From a virus (Duplodnaviria; Caudoviricetes): a stretch of DNA of 54,261 nt. A model generated the notes under the pieces. It had not been told where the DNA came from and searched no databases. It worked only from the letters and a program-made list of their open reading frames with translations. The DNA is taken from the IMG/VR virus record IMGVR_UViG_3300048822_000004, positions 1 to 54,261 of that record. One strand, 5' to 3'. Of this stretch, positions 1-9,738 are shown in pieces (positions within the stretch are counted from its first letter, which is position 1; each line of letters begins with the position of its first letter). The position numbers and the translations under genes were made by a program.

Positions 1-1
1 A

Positions 2-358
2 AAACACATAATTATAGAAGATGAATCCAAACGAATTCCCGTATCAAATGCTTCGTTTGGCGCACAACAATTCACCATGAAAGATGTCAAATGTGATATA
101 TTAAAGCCTGATGATATTGTACTTGTACGAGTAAAAGGCTCTAAAGAAGACTTAGCACGAATAGACAAGCAAATGGTGGCTTATAAATATAGTATAAAGC
201 AGTCTTTCAAACTTGACTTAATACCTACAGACGAACCGAATAAAGTTTTTGTTGCACAAAACTTGACATTACCGCAGCAACTAGATGAAATTATTGAGAA
301 ACTCCAAGTAACTAAGGATCGTAAGGAAACTATTAAAAAACTCTGGAAGGACTTATGA
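2..358 (+). CDS. C-terminal part of a gene cut by the window edge; probable Mre11/SbcD-like recombination nuclease
   Basis: The frame of ORF 77..358 is open back to nt 2 (KHIIIEDESKRIP...). It overlaps the SbcC-like gene (ATGA). Function inferred from position. Confidence 0.55.
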   Translation, partial: KHIIIEDESKRIPVSNASFGAQQFTMKDVKCDILKPDDIVLVRVKGSKEDLARIDKQMVAYKYSIKQSFKLDLIPTDEPNKVFVAQNLTLPQQLDEIIEKLQVTKDRKETIKKLWKDL

Positions 359-1968
359 AAATCCTCAGTGTTCACCTAGAGAATTTCGCGAGTTATAAGG
401 AATTAGACTTCAATTTCAATGATAAGGGACTTGTACTAATACACGGTGCCACTGGATCAGGTAAATCGACATTATGTGATGCCATTCCTTGGGTTTTGTT
501 TGGGATTACGGCTAAGAACGGCAAATCCGATGATGTACTTAGCTGGGATGGCGGAGGTACATTTGGAACTATATCACTAGAAGTAAACGGTAAATCAGCT
601 CAAATAACCCGCAGTAGAAAGCCTAATGACTTATATTTCAGAACTGAAGATAACTTAGATGCTAATCCGAGTAGAGGTAAGGACCTTAACGACACGCAGA
701 GACTTATTAATGAGTTATTAGGCATTGATGCAGACCTGTATCTTACCGGAGCTTACTTTCACGAGTTTTCTCAGACCGCACAATTCTTTACTACTACCGC
801 TAAGAACCGTCGCGATATCACTGAGCAACTCGTAGACCTGACGCTACCAGTTAAACTACAAGATAAAATAAAAGAACAGAATAAAGTAAATACTATTGAA
901 ATCAATACTTTAAGTAATAAACTCTTTACCATCAACGCTAAACTTGAACTTCTAGAAGAAACTGCTAAGGAATCAAAAAATAGCAATATGCTATGGGCGC
1001 ATGAACAGGCTAACCGCATATCTACATTAGAGACTAAAAGAGATACATTCGAAGTTTCTAGACGTAGCAGTTTAAAATCATTGGAGTTAGAGCATAGTGT
1101 ATTAAAGTATCAATCTCCCCTCAATATTGACTTAAAAATAAACGAAATACAGAAATCAATGCCTCCAGAAAACGCGCCTTGCAAGACCTGCGGTATCCCT
1201 GGACCTAATCCTGATAGGGAATACGCACTACAAGCTTTGTCAGAATTAAAGCTCGAGAAACAAGAAAATGATAGGAATATCAAGAAGTCTCATGAAATAA
1301 CTACACGAATAAACGAATTAAAAGACCAAGAAAATCCATATATTCAAGAGATCATAGAAGCCAAGAACCAAACAAATCCTCATGTAAGCCAACTCCTTAA
1401 ATTTGAAAAAGATATAGATAAACAACAAAAACAGTTAGTCGCTGCACTTAAAACACTTGAGGAGTTAAAAGACAATCAATTAAATTTAGAATTACTGAGC
1501 GACGCCGTAGTATCGTTTCGTGCAGAACTCATTAGAAACACTGTAAAAGAACTTGAAACGAGGACTGTATCGCATCTTAGAGACTTCTTCGAGGGAGAAA
1601 TTTCAGTCGAATTCACAATTCAAGAAAATGATAAACTAGACGTTCTTATCCGTAAAGACGGAAATGAATGTAGTTACACACAGTTAAGTAAAGGCCAGCG
1701 CCAAATGCTTAAACTTTGTTTCGGCGTATCTGTAATGGAGTCGATCCAGCAATCCCACGCCTTAGAATTTAATCAGTTATTCTTCGATGAAAGCTTAGAT
1801 GGAATGGACGATAACAATAAGCTTCGCGCGGTCAAAATGCTAGAGACTTTAGCAAGTCAACGTGATAGTGTTTATATAGTGGAGCATTCAGAAGGTATCA
1901 AGGCACATATCGATCAAAAATACTTTGTGGAATTAAGAGATGGTAAAAGCACAATATGCCTAGCCTAA
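355..1968 (+). CDS. SbcC/Rad50 (T4 gp46-like) ABC-ATPase recombination subunit
   Basis: Walker A GATGSGKST, coiled coil with CKTC Zn-hook, signature LSKGQ, Walker B FFDE, H-loop VEH. Confidence 0.9.
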   Translation: MKILSVHLENFASYKELDFNFNDKGLVLIHGATGSGKSTLCDAIPWVLFGITAKNGKSDDVLSWDGGGTFGTISLEVNGKSAQITRSRKPNDLYFRTEDNLDANPSRGKDLNDTQRLINELLGIDADLYLTGAYFHEFSQTAQFFTTTAKNRRDITEQLVDLTLPVKLQDKIKEQNKVNTIEINTLSNKLFTINAKLELLEETAKESKNSNMLWAHEQANRISTLETKRDTFEVSRRSSLKSLELEHSVLKYQSPLNIDLKINEIQKSMPPENAPCKTCGIPGPNPDREYALQALSELKLEKQENDRNIKKSHEITTRINELKDQENPYIQEIIEAKNQTNPHVSQLLKFEKDIDKQQKQLVAALKTLEELKDNQLNLELLSDAVVSFRAELIRNTVKELETRTVSHLRDFFEGEISVEFTIQENDKLDVLIRKDGNECSYTQLSKGQRQMLKLCFGVSVMESIQQSHALEFNQLFFDESLDGMDDNNKLRAVKMLETLASQRDSVYIVEHSEGIKAHIDQKYFVELRDGKSTICLA

Positions 1969-2270
1969 GTAAAATATACACTAGGAAACAAATCGATGCG
2001 ATGCGCGAAGAACTAATCGCAAAACATGGCGATAAGTGCAGCATATGCGGTAAGCCTCGTTCTAATTTTAAGAAAAACTTAAGCGTTGATCATTCGCATA
2101 AATCAGGACGCATTAGAGGCTTACTTTGCTTTAGATGTAATAAATTTCAACTAGGAAGACATACTATAGAAAGTCTCAATAATTTATTATATTATTTGTT
2201 TACATATGACTTACCTGTTAAGGATAGCGATTATTGGCAAACATTAAAAGCCATAGTGGAGCACAGATGA
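1956..2270 (+). CDS. Endonuclease VII-family (HNH) nuclease / possible resolvase
   Basis: CSIC...VDHSH..G.IRGLLC..CN motif. Confidence 0.85.
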   Translation: MPSLSKIYTRKQIDAMREELIAKHGDKCSICGKPRSNFKKNLSVDHSHKSGRIRGLLCFRCNKFQLGRHTIESLNNLLYYLFTYDLPVKDSDYWQTLKAIVEHR

Positions 2271-2722
2271 TTACGTGGAAAGATTGGCATGAAGATAAAG
2301 CATACAGCGTGTCTTCTCATGGACAAGTTTACAGTCGTAAAACTAAAAAAATCTTAGCTGCAAATGACAACGGTAAAGGCTACAAATCAGTTAGTCTTAC
2401 AATAAATGGCATCGCAATTAGGCGCTATATTCACAGAATGGTCGCGCGTACTTTTTTGACTCAAGCAGCTAAGTATGAAGTTAACCATAAAGATTTGGAT
2501 AAAAGTAATAATTGGGTTGAAAATTTAGAAATTGTAACGAGATCTCAAAACCAACGCCATATGATACTTAATGGTAAGCATAATAAAGCTAAATTGACAA
2601 AAGAAGATGTTGAGTTTATTAGGGAGTCGAAAGTCTCTCAAAAAGAAATAGCAAAACTTTACGGAGTAAGTAACTCTACTATAAGCTCTATTAAAAATTT
2701 TAAAATTTGGAGTTGGCTGTGA
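2267..2722 (+). CDS. NUMOD4-HNH homing endonuclease
   Basis: WK...YSVSSHGQV, IHRMVA..F, VNHKD.DK.NN...NLE, C-terminal HTH. ATG 2267 overlaps the upstream stop. Confidence 0.85.
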   Translation: MITWKDWHEDKAYSVSSHGQVYSRKTKKILAANDNGKGYKSVSLTINGIAIRRYIHRMVARTFLTQAAKYEVNHKDLDKSNNWVENLEIVTRSQNQRHMILNGKHNKAKLTKEDVEFIRESKVSQKEIAKLYGVSNSTISSIKNFKIWSWL

Positions 2723-3411
2723 GCACAGTACTGTGTATTCCTGATACCCATTGTCCTTTTGAGCATAAAGACGCTATTTCATTCCTTAAGGCAGTAAAGA
2801 AAAAGTATAAGCCAAATATTATTGTTCATTTGGGAGACGAAGGAGATTTCCATTCCCTTGGTAACTATGATCATGACCCGGACGGAATGGCAGCAGGTCT
2901 TGAGTTACAAAAGACCGTAGAACATCTCCAGCCATTCTATAAACTATTTCCCAAAGTCAAAGTATGTACGTCTAATCATACCTCTCGTCCATTTCGTCAG
3001 GCCTATAAGTACGGAATGCCAAATGCCCTGCTTAAGGACTACAAAACATTCCTAGAAGCGCCTAAAGGCTGGGAATGGGCCGACGAATGGGAGATCGACG
3101 GTGTGATATACGAGCATGGCGAGGGTTTTACAGGAGCATCAGCGGCTATTAAATCAGCGCAAGGCAATATGCAACCTACCGTAATAGGACATATCCACTC
3201 ATTCGCTGGCATACAGTTCAACGCAAATAGTAAGCATCTCATCTATGGGTTCAATGTGGGATGTCTCATTGATAGACATGCCTATGCATTTAATTACGGT
3301 AAAAAACTCAAGAATAAACCGATACTTGGGTGTGGAGTCATAATCAATGGTACTCCTACGTTCATACCAATGAAACTTTTAAAGTCGGGTCGTTGGACAG
3401 GTAAACTCTAG
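2719..3411 (+). CDS. Calcineurin-like metallophosphoesterase
   Basis: DTH, HLGD, SNH, HG and GHIH motifs. GTG start after GGAG. Confidence 0.85.
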   Translation: MSTVLCIPDTHCPFEHKDAISFLKAVKKKYKPNIIVHLGDEGDFHSLGNYDHDPDGMAAGLELQKTVEHLQPFYKLFPKVKVCTSNHTSRPFRQAYKYGMPNALLKDYKTFLEAPKGWEWADEWEIDGVIYEHGEGFTGASAAIKSAQGNMQPTVIGHIHSFAGIQFNANSKHLIYGFNVGCLIDRHAYAFNYGKKLKNKPILGCGVIINGTPTFIPMKLLKSGRWTGKL

Positions 3412-3422
3412 TATGCTATACT
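3394..3422 (+). promoter_or_regulatory. sigma70-type promoter, probably giving a leaderless mRNA for 3429
   Basis: TGGACA-17-TATACT with extended TG. ATG lies 6 nt after the -10 and there is no RBS. Confidence 0.6.
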
Positions 3423-3428
3423 CAAGTA

Positions 3429-3806
3429 ATGTTAACAGCATTATTTCTTTCAGTAAGTATATCTACAGGTTTACCCCCAGAGCTTCTTAGTTCTCTATGC
3501 TACGTAGAATCTAGACACAACGTAAAAGCAATCCATCACGACGACGGTACCCAAGATAGCTTGGGTATTTGTCAAATCCAATACACTGCAGCTAAAGAAA
3601 TGGGCTTCAAAGGGACGCGTAAAGAGCTTATGAAACCAGTCAATAATATTACTTATGCAGGTCTTTATTTAAAACATCAGATTACTAGATATAACTCTGT
3701 ACAAAAAGGCGTAATTGCTTATAATAGGGGAAATGCCAATGCCATTAGAACTACCGAATATCAACGCAAAGTCTTCAGGAGATGGAATGTTCAAACCAGG
3801 CGATGA
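3429..3806 (+). CDS. Soluble lytic transglycosylase (SLT) domain protein
   Basis: Catalytic VES, G(I)CQI, AYN motifs. Confidence 0.85.
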   Translation: MLTALFLSVSISTGLPPELLSSLCYVESRHNVKAIHHDDGTQDSLGICQIQYTAAKEMGFKGTRKELMKPVNNITYAGLYLKHQITRYNSVQKGVIAYNRGNANAIRTTEYQRKVFRRWNVQTRR

Positions 3807-4275
3807 AATCGTATGTATGAACGCAGATAAATTAGATTTAGAATTAAATGGTGTTTACATAGTCAAAACATACGAAGTAGGTGCGGACTATTTATACAGA
3901 GTTACTTTAGAAGGCCATAAAGGATGGTATTTTGCTGACCGCTTTCATTTAAAAAATGAAGAAAAAGCTTCTAAAAACGATCAAAATAAAATCGATATGA
4001 GTCTTATTCCTGCCGTTTCTATGCGAGAACATGCCAAAGCATTTATGGTAGGAGAGAAGAAATATGGGAGATACAATTATACGAAAGGCCATAAAGCAAG
4101 TCAGTTAGTAGCTGCGGCTATGCGCCATTTAACTGCGTGGTTTGAAAGGGAAGACCACGATCCTGTGGATGGTCAGCATCATCTTGGCAGTGTCATGGCA
4201 TGCTGCAGCATGATCCTTCGTCAACAGGAACTAGGTACATTAAAGGATGATAGATATGAAAATAACAAAAAGTGA
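3787..4275 (+). CDS. dATP/dGTP diphosphohydrolase (DUF5664-like) with an N-terminal SH3-like domain
   Basis: K.DQ.K..MSLIP, GEKKYG.YNY.KG, AAMRHL.AW...ED.D...G.HHL, DDR. RBS GGAG precedes ATG 3787. Confidence 0.8.
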   Translation: MFKPGDEIVCMNADKLDLELNGVYIVKTYEVGADYLYRVTLEGHKGWYFADRFHLKNEEKASKNDQNKIDMSLIPAVSMREHAKAFMVGEKKYGRYNYTKGHKASQLVAAAMRHLTAWFEREDHDPVDGQHHLGSVMACCSMILRQQELGTLKDDRYENNKK

Positions 4276-4624
4276 ATACACAGTTTTTTGTGACGTCGAT
4301 CATTGCTTGATATTTCCTACCGATCCCGAAGTACCTGGCATGAAAGTACCTGTCTACGATGCGGTAACAAAAAAATACTTGACTATGATAGCTAACGAGT
4401 CTATGATAAGGCTTATGAAAGAAGAAAAACATCGTGGAGCACATATCAAAGTTTGGAGTCGCGGAGGGTGGGAGTGGGCTGCTAACGTAGTTAGGGCACT
4501 TGACTTAGTTCCTTATGTAGATGAAGTCCTCAGTAAGCCGCTGGCTTACATGGATGACCTAGAAATCGGAGACTGGCTTAAATATCGAGTTTACATTCCA
4601 CCAACAGTTCCTTATAAAAAATAA
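4256..4624 (+). CDS. HAD-superfamily phosphatase-like protein
   Basis: FCDVD (DxD), WSRGG, KP..YMDD. Confidence 0.7.
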   Translation: MKITKSEYTVFCDVDHCLIFPTDPEVPGMKVPVYDAVTKKYLTMIANESMIRLMKEEKHRGAHIKVWSRGGWEWAANVVRALDLVPYVDEVLSKPLAYMDDLEIGDWLKYRVYIPPTVPYKK

Positions 4625-4642
4625 CCCAAACCAGGAGTAAAA

Positions 4643-5158
4643 ATGAGTCTAGAAGAAGTAGTATCGCTAGAAGCCGACGTAACGTACAGCCTTGGCAAGC
4701 TCAACAAAAAAACAGGTAAAGTAGACCCTAAAACTGTGGAAGGTTATTACCTTGGTTTTCGTAAAGTAGAAAACCGACTTGGTGAGAGCCAAATCCATTT
4801 TTTTAAAACAGAAAAAGGTAACGTAGCTATCTGGGGTTCTACAGATTTGAACCGTAAGCTCCAATCCGTTAAACTTGGCAACATGACAAAAGCTGAATTC
4901 GTCGGTATGAAAGAAACACCTAAAGGCGATATGCGTTCATTTAAAGTATATCAAGACCGTACTAACTTCATTGAAGTAGATGAAAATCTCTCGGCTTCTC
5001 CTGTCATTGAAGATGCCGACGAAGACGATGAAGTAGTTAATGACGAAGACGATAGTCAGGACGTATACCTCCCGCAGGGTATTAACACCGTTCAGCTATC
5101 TGCTTCTGAGCGGCAAGCAAAAGTACAAGCTTTATTGAATAAGAATAAAAAGAAGTAA
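4643..5158 (+). CDS. Probable single-stranded DNA-binding protein
   Basis: OB-like N-terminal domain, strongly acidic C-terminal region, strong RBS AGGAG, next to the primase-helicase. Confidence 0.65.
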   Translation: MSLEEVVSLEADVTYSLGKLNKKTGKVDPKTVEGYYLGFRKVENRLGESQIHFFKTEKGNVAIWGSTDLNRKLQSVKLGNMTKAEFVGMKETPKGDMRSFKVYQDRTNFIEVDENLSASPVIEDADEDDEVVNDEDDSQDVYLPQGINTVQLSASERQAKVQALLNKNKKK

Positions 5159-5163
5159 AGGTT

Positions 5164-5306
5164 AGGCTGTCAGTCGGTAGCTGTGGGAAGTTCCCACTGG
5201 AACCGAGGGTCTCTGTAGCAGGCGAACACTGGCCGCAATCCTGCGCAGCAGCATACGGAATTGGCCGTAAGACCGGCACCTAGGTGCGTAGCGAACATCA
5301 CAGCCT
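5164..5306 (+). ncRNA. Candidate multi-stem structured RNA (or ssDNA) element
   Basis: Closing stem AGGCTGT/ACAGCCT encloses several nested hairpins. GC-rich intergenic region followed by a T-run. Confidence 0.55.
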
Positions 5307-5318
5307 TTTTGAGGTAGT

Positions 5319-7112
5319 ATGCTTTGTCGTTTAATAGCTCCTGCATGGGCTACTAATCTTAAAAAAACTATGGAAGGTCAGTTCTCAGAAACTGACCTCA
5401 AGTCATTAAACGAACAAGGCTATAACGTTTATTTTTGGCCGAACCCTCCGGAAACTCCGGATAGTTCAAAACCCGTTGATGGTAGCCAAATAACATCTTT
5501 TTCTCAAGTCTTCGTAGATATGGATTTAAAAGATAAAGTCTACCCTAGTAAAGATGCATTCATTGAGACTATTTTAGCTGCTGATTTGGCCCCCACAAGG
5601 ATAATAGATTCTGGTCATGGTGTACATGTTTACTGGCGCGTTACTAATCTTGACGCCATGAGTTATTTAAGGTTTCAGCGCAGATTATGTAGACTATTTA
5701 ACACAGATGAAGCGGTAAGTAAGATAGCACAACTCATGCGTTTGCCAGGTACTTTTAACACTAAATCTAAGGAATACGTGCCTTGTACATTAGTGGCAGA
5801 AACAGATAATATATACACCGCAGAGGAATTCGATAAGCTGCTTCCCTCCATTACTAAAGAAGATGATACGTATTGCAAGCAGCACCACGATAAGACCTAC
5901 AACATAGGTGGTATTACCGAAATCTCAGAAGAAATGCCAGCTAAGTTTGGTGAGTTGATTTTAAATAATGCAGAAGTAAAGTCTTTATGGACTGGACCTA
6001 CCGATGATCGCAGTAGTAATGATTTTAGGTTAGGTCACTTAATGTTCGCAGCTGGTTTTACTAATCAAGAGGCTATGGCTGTGTTAGCTCAATCCGCCAA
6101 GGCTCTACAGCGCGCCCCGGTACATAGGGTAAGCTATGCTAAAAACATAGTAGATAAAATATGGACATTTGAAGGCGCTACAGAAACAGAGAAGATCCTA
6201 ACTCCTACAAGCGTACGTGATATCCTTATGAGACCACGGTCCGAGAATGGCGTACGTATCCGGACTTGGAAATACATAGACGATACTGAATACGGTTTTC
6301 GCACAGGACAAGTACTAGGACTTGTAGCAGGCTCTGGGGTCGGTAAAACTACAATGGCTTTAAATATATTCCTGGGCTTCGTTGAAAGCAATCCAGACTT
6401 AGATCATTTCTTTATTCCTTTAGAGCAGCCCGACAGAGAAATAGCTGATCGCTGGGCTTTGATGTGCAACGGCAAAGAACATCTCTATGATAAGGTACAT
6501 GTAATAAGTAACTATGACGATAACGGCGCTTTTAAGGACCTATCATTGGATGACATTAAAGCTCAGATAAATAATTTTATTGAGACTACAGGAAAGAAAG
6601 TCGGATGCGTCGTTATTGACCACATAGGTGTATTGTGTAACAATAACAAATTAGGCATGGAAGAAGGATTGAAAGGAATTTGTAAGGCCATGAAGGGGTT
6701 TGCTATGGAAACCAAAACATTCCTTATTATGCAATCCCAGACTTCTAGAGAAAAAGCGGGTATAGGCGATCTTGAAATCAATAAAGATGCAGCTTTTGGT
6801 ACAAGTGCATTTGAAAACTTTTGTGATTATCTCATTACTTTATGGCAGCCTTTGAAGCGAGTCTACTCTAAAGGCGCGCCTACCATACTTAGCTATAAGT
6901 TTTGTAAGATACGCCATAAAAAACAAGGCAAGGACGTAATACAAGAGGATACGCCTTACTCAGTCTTTTTTGATCCTGACACACAACTCATAAGGGAGCT
7001 TACAGAAATGGAAGATAAGAGTTTGAGTTACTGGGTAGGTCAAGCCACAGCCAGGCGCAAACTAGACCGAAAGACAGACGTGGTAAACTACACCTCTATC
7101 AGGTGGACATAA
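5319..7112 (+). CDS. Primase-helicase (RepB/AEP-type primase plus SF4 DnaB-like helicase)
   Basis: FVDMD, DSGHGVHVYW, MRLPG.FNTK; Walker A GSGVGKT, VVIDH, QSQ. Confidence 0.88.
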   Translation: MLCRLIAPAWATNLKKTMEGQFSETDLKSLNEQGYNVYFWPNPPETPDSSKPVDGSQITSFSQVFVDMDLKDKVYPSKDAFIETILAADLAPTRIIDSGHGVHVYWRVTNLDAMSYLRFQRRLCRLFNTDEAVSKIAQLMRLPGTFNTKSKEYVPCTLVAETDNIYTAEEFDKLLPSITKEDDTYCKQHHDKTYNIGGITEISEEMPAKFGELILNNAEVKSLWTGPTDDRSSNDFRLGHLMFAAGFTNQEAMAVLAQSAKALQRAPVHRVSYAKNIVDKIWTFEGATETEKILTPTSVRDILMRPRSENGVRIRTWKYIDDTEYGFRTGQVLGLVAGSGVGKTTMALNIFLGFVESNPDLDHFFIPLEQPDREIADRWALMCNGKEHLYDKVHVISNYDDNGAFKDLSLDDIKAQINNFIETTGKKVGCVVIDHIGVLCNNNKLGMEEGLKGICKAMKGFAMETKTFLIMQSQTSREKAGIGDLEINKDAAFGTSAFENFCDYLITLWQPLKRVYSKGAPTILSYKFCKIRHKKQGKDVIQEDTPYSVFFDPDTQLIRELTEMEDKSLSYWVGQATARRKLDRKTDVVNYTSIRWT

Positions 7113-7115
7113 ATT

Positions 7116-7301
7116 ATGACACTCATTCAAAAAATTGATAGTATTATAGAGTTAGTTAAGTCCGGCATAATAGACCAGAACACAGCAAGATTTTTGTTGC
7201 ATAATACGGGCGACACACAAGATATAAAAATGTATGAGTTTTTAAACGAATGTGAGGCAGTAATTGCTAAAAGTAATAAGCGACTTACAGGGCTTGAATG
7301 A
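7116..7301 (+). CDS. Hypothetical protein
   Basis: Short ORF filling the gap in the operon. Confidence 0.5.
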   Translation: MTLIQKIDSIIELVKSGIIDQNTARFLLHNTGDTQDIKMYEFLNECEAVIAKSNKRLTGLE

Positions 7302-9333
7302 TATTATAAATCTGATAGAAAATTCTGAATACATCGCAGTAGATACAGAGACTACAGGATTGACTAAATACGATGAAATCATAGGCATATCTTTATGCGC
7401 CAGCGAAAACACTTCATACTACATAATCACTGCTAGATGGGATAAGAACCAGCAAAAGCTTTTATATCCAGATAATGAATATAAGAAACGGGTTTGGGAA
7501 ATAGTTCAAATGCTCACGACCCGTAAACTTATAATGCATAATGCGATATTCGATTGCATGATGGTAGAGTCTTTCTTTAAAGTAAGACTTATTGACAGTC
7601 TACACACCGATACTATGATACTTGCGCATCTTCTTAACGAGAACCGCAGAGTAGGATTGAAAGATCTCGGTGTATCTATGTATGGAGACAGCGCGGCTGA
7701 AGAATCCCGCATAATGAAAGAAAGTATAGTAGAGAACGGAGGCAGCGTGACTAAAGGCGCTTTTGAGCTATACAAAGCCGATTCAGAGCTAATCGCTAAA
7801 TATGGCGCTAAAGATGCGTTATTGACATACAAGCTATTCACAGACTTAGTTCCTGAGTTATATGAACAGAATCTAGATAAGTTTTTTTATGAAGAAGAAT
7901 CAATGCCGCTTCTTAAAGGACCTACCTACGATCTAAACACCACTGGACTGATGGTAGACACTAATAAGCTAATCCAACTAGAAAAAACACTACAGGTGGA
8001 ATGCGCTGAAGCAAAAGCCTTTATATACAGAGAAATACAGCCGTTTATTAAAGACAAACCTAAGTTCAATATAGAAGCCCCACAGCAGCTTTCCTGGCTT
8101 TTATTTGGTGTGCTGGGCATGGAATTCAACACACTAACTAAAGTTGGTAAAGCAGTATGTAAAGAACTTATGAGTAAACTTCCTTATACTAAGGTAGCTA
8201 AACGAGACTTCATTGATATCTGTTTGCGTGACCAAGGAAAACCGTATGCTTTAGGCGGAATAGTTAATGGCAAGGCAACTAAGCCGAAGCTAATCAAGGC
8301 CCCCTGGTGTTACATAGTAGCTGATAAAAATACGCTTAAAAAGGTCTCGCATAGATTTAAGTGGATTGAAACCCTTTTAGAATATAAAAGAAAGAAAAAG
8401 CTTCTCAATACCTATGTCGAGGCTATTAAGACTAAGACTAGATATGGAGTACTTCAGCCTAGTTTTCTAATGCATGGGACTTCATCAGGACGATACTCTA
8501 GCAGAAACCCAAATCTACAGAATTTGCCTAGAGACGACCAGCGCATCAAGGAATGTTTTATTGCAAGACCAGGCAAGGTATTCGTGTCAGCGGACTATAG
8601 TCAGCTAGAACCCAGGGTGTTTAGCTACTATAGCCAAGAACCAAAACTCATGAATGCCTTTAACGGCGAATCAGACTTCTATAGTGTAGTAGGCATAGAA
8701 ATATTTGATAAACACGATGCGTTGCCTTTAAAAGAAGGTCATCCTAATGCATTCGGCGTGAAGTATAAGAAACTCAGAGACATATCAAAAACGATAACTC
8801 TTGCTAGAGCGTATGGTGCTACGCCATACCAATTAGCTACTGCCACAGGCAAGTCAGTAGAAGACACTGCAGAAGACATTGCTAGGCTGGATGAAAGATT
8901 CCCTGGAATTAAAAAAATGATGCTAGAAGCCCATGCATTAGCTAAGAAAGACGGGTATGTAACAAGTCTATTCGGTAGGAAACGTCGTATGCCGGAAGCT
9001 AAGAAGATTACTAAGATCTACGGAGACCAAGAGCACTCCGAGTTGCCGTATGAAGACAGAAGCCTTTTAAATTTGGCTTGTAACCACAGAATTCAGAGCA
9101 CAGGGGCATCCCTTTGTAATCGGGCTATGATAGCATTTCATAATAATATCAAGGACTTAGGATTGAATTGCAAGATCGTATCCCAGATACATGATGAAAT
9201 AGTAGTAGAATGTTTAGAAAAAGATGCAGAAAATGTAAGTTTGCTCTTGCAAAACGCTATGGAATGTACTAATATGATACCAGGACTCCAGCTAGAGGCC
9301 TTACCAAGAACAACGAAGACACTCGCAAAATGA
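7264..9333 (+). CDS. polA: Family A DNA polymerase with 3'-5' exonuclease
   Basis: Exo DTETTG, HNAIFD, DTM; GR.SS.NPNLQNLP, motif A DYSQLE.R, motif B R..SKTITLARAYG, motif C HDE. Confidence 0.95.
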   Translation: MLKVISDLQGLNDIINLIENSEYIAVDTETTGLTKYDEIIGISLCASENTSYYIITARWDKNQQKLLYPDNEYKKRVWEIVQMLTTRKLIMHNAIFDCMMVESFFKVRLIDSLHTDTMILAHLLNENRRVGLKDLGVSMYGDSAAEESRIMKESIVENGGSVTKGAFELYKADSELIAKYGAKDALLTYKLFTDLVPELYEQNLDKFFYEEESMPLLKGPTYDLNTTGLMVDTNKLIQLEKTLQVECAEAKAFIYREIQPFIKDKPKFNIEAPQQLSWLLFGVLGMEFNTLTKVGKAVCKELMSKLPYTKVAKRDFIDICLRDQGKPYALGGIVNGKATKPKLIKAPWCYIVADKNTLKKVSHRFKWIETLLEYKRKKKLLNTYVEAIKTKTRYGVLQPSFLMHGTSSGRYSSRNPNLQNLPRDDQRIKECFIARPGKVFVSADYSQLEPRVFSYYSQEPKLMNAFNGESDFYSVVGIEIFDKHDALPLKEGHPNAFGVKYKKLRDISKTITLARAYGATPYQLATATGKSVEDTAEDIARLDERFPGIKKMMLEAHALAKKDGYVTSLFGRKRRMPEAKKITKIYGDQEHSELPYEDRSLLNLACNHRIQSTGASLCNRAMIAFHNNIKDLGLNCKIVSQIHDEIVVECLEKDAENVSLLLQNAMECTNMIPGLQLEALPRTTKTLAK

Positions 9334-9339
9334 GGCAAC

Positions 9340-9738
9340 ATGCTACAAAAACTAAAACTGTTACTTAAACAGCTTCTTGCTTACCTTCCTAGCAAACTTC
9401 CCGCAGGCAAGACAGAAATGCATAAATTCATGGATGAGATCATAGAGATTTCAGGAAAATTTGCAGACGTAGACTCTATGAAGTTTGCGATTTCTAGCAT
9501 GGTGTTACGCCTAGACTCTACGGCATCGCGCGTCAGCAAGCAATACTTCGCAAGATCATTGCGCAAGGCAGCAGCAAACCAGGTAGTAAGCGTTATCCTT
9601 AACGATATTAAGGACGCGCAAGCAGCAGCACAAAAACTTCAGCAAGAAGCATTAGCCGAAGCCGATAAACTCCAAGCCGAAGCCACGGCAACACCGCAAA
9701 GTAACGCTAGTGGCCAAACCAACAAAACAACTCCTTAA
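9340..9738 (+). CDS. Hypothetical protein
   Basis: RBS GAGG; in operon. Confidence 0.65.
   Translation: MLQKLKLLLKQLLAYLPSKLPAGKTEMHKFMDEIIEISGKFADVDSMKFAISSMVLRLDSTASRVSKQYFARSLRKAAANQVVSVILNDIKDAQAAAQKLQQEALAEADKLQAEATATPQSNASGQTNKTTP

Noticed and set aside
5164-5306. tRNA
   Set aside because: Too long and lacks a T-loop GTTC and cloverleaf spacing; kept as an unknown structure.
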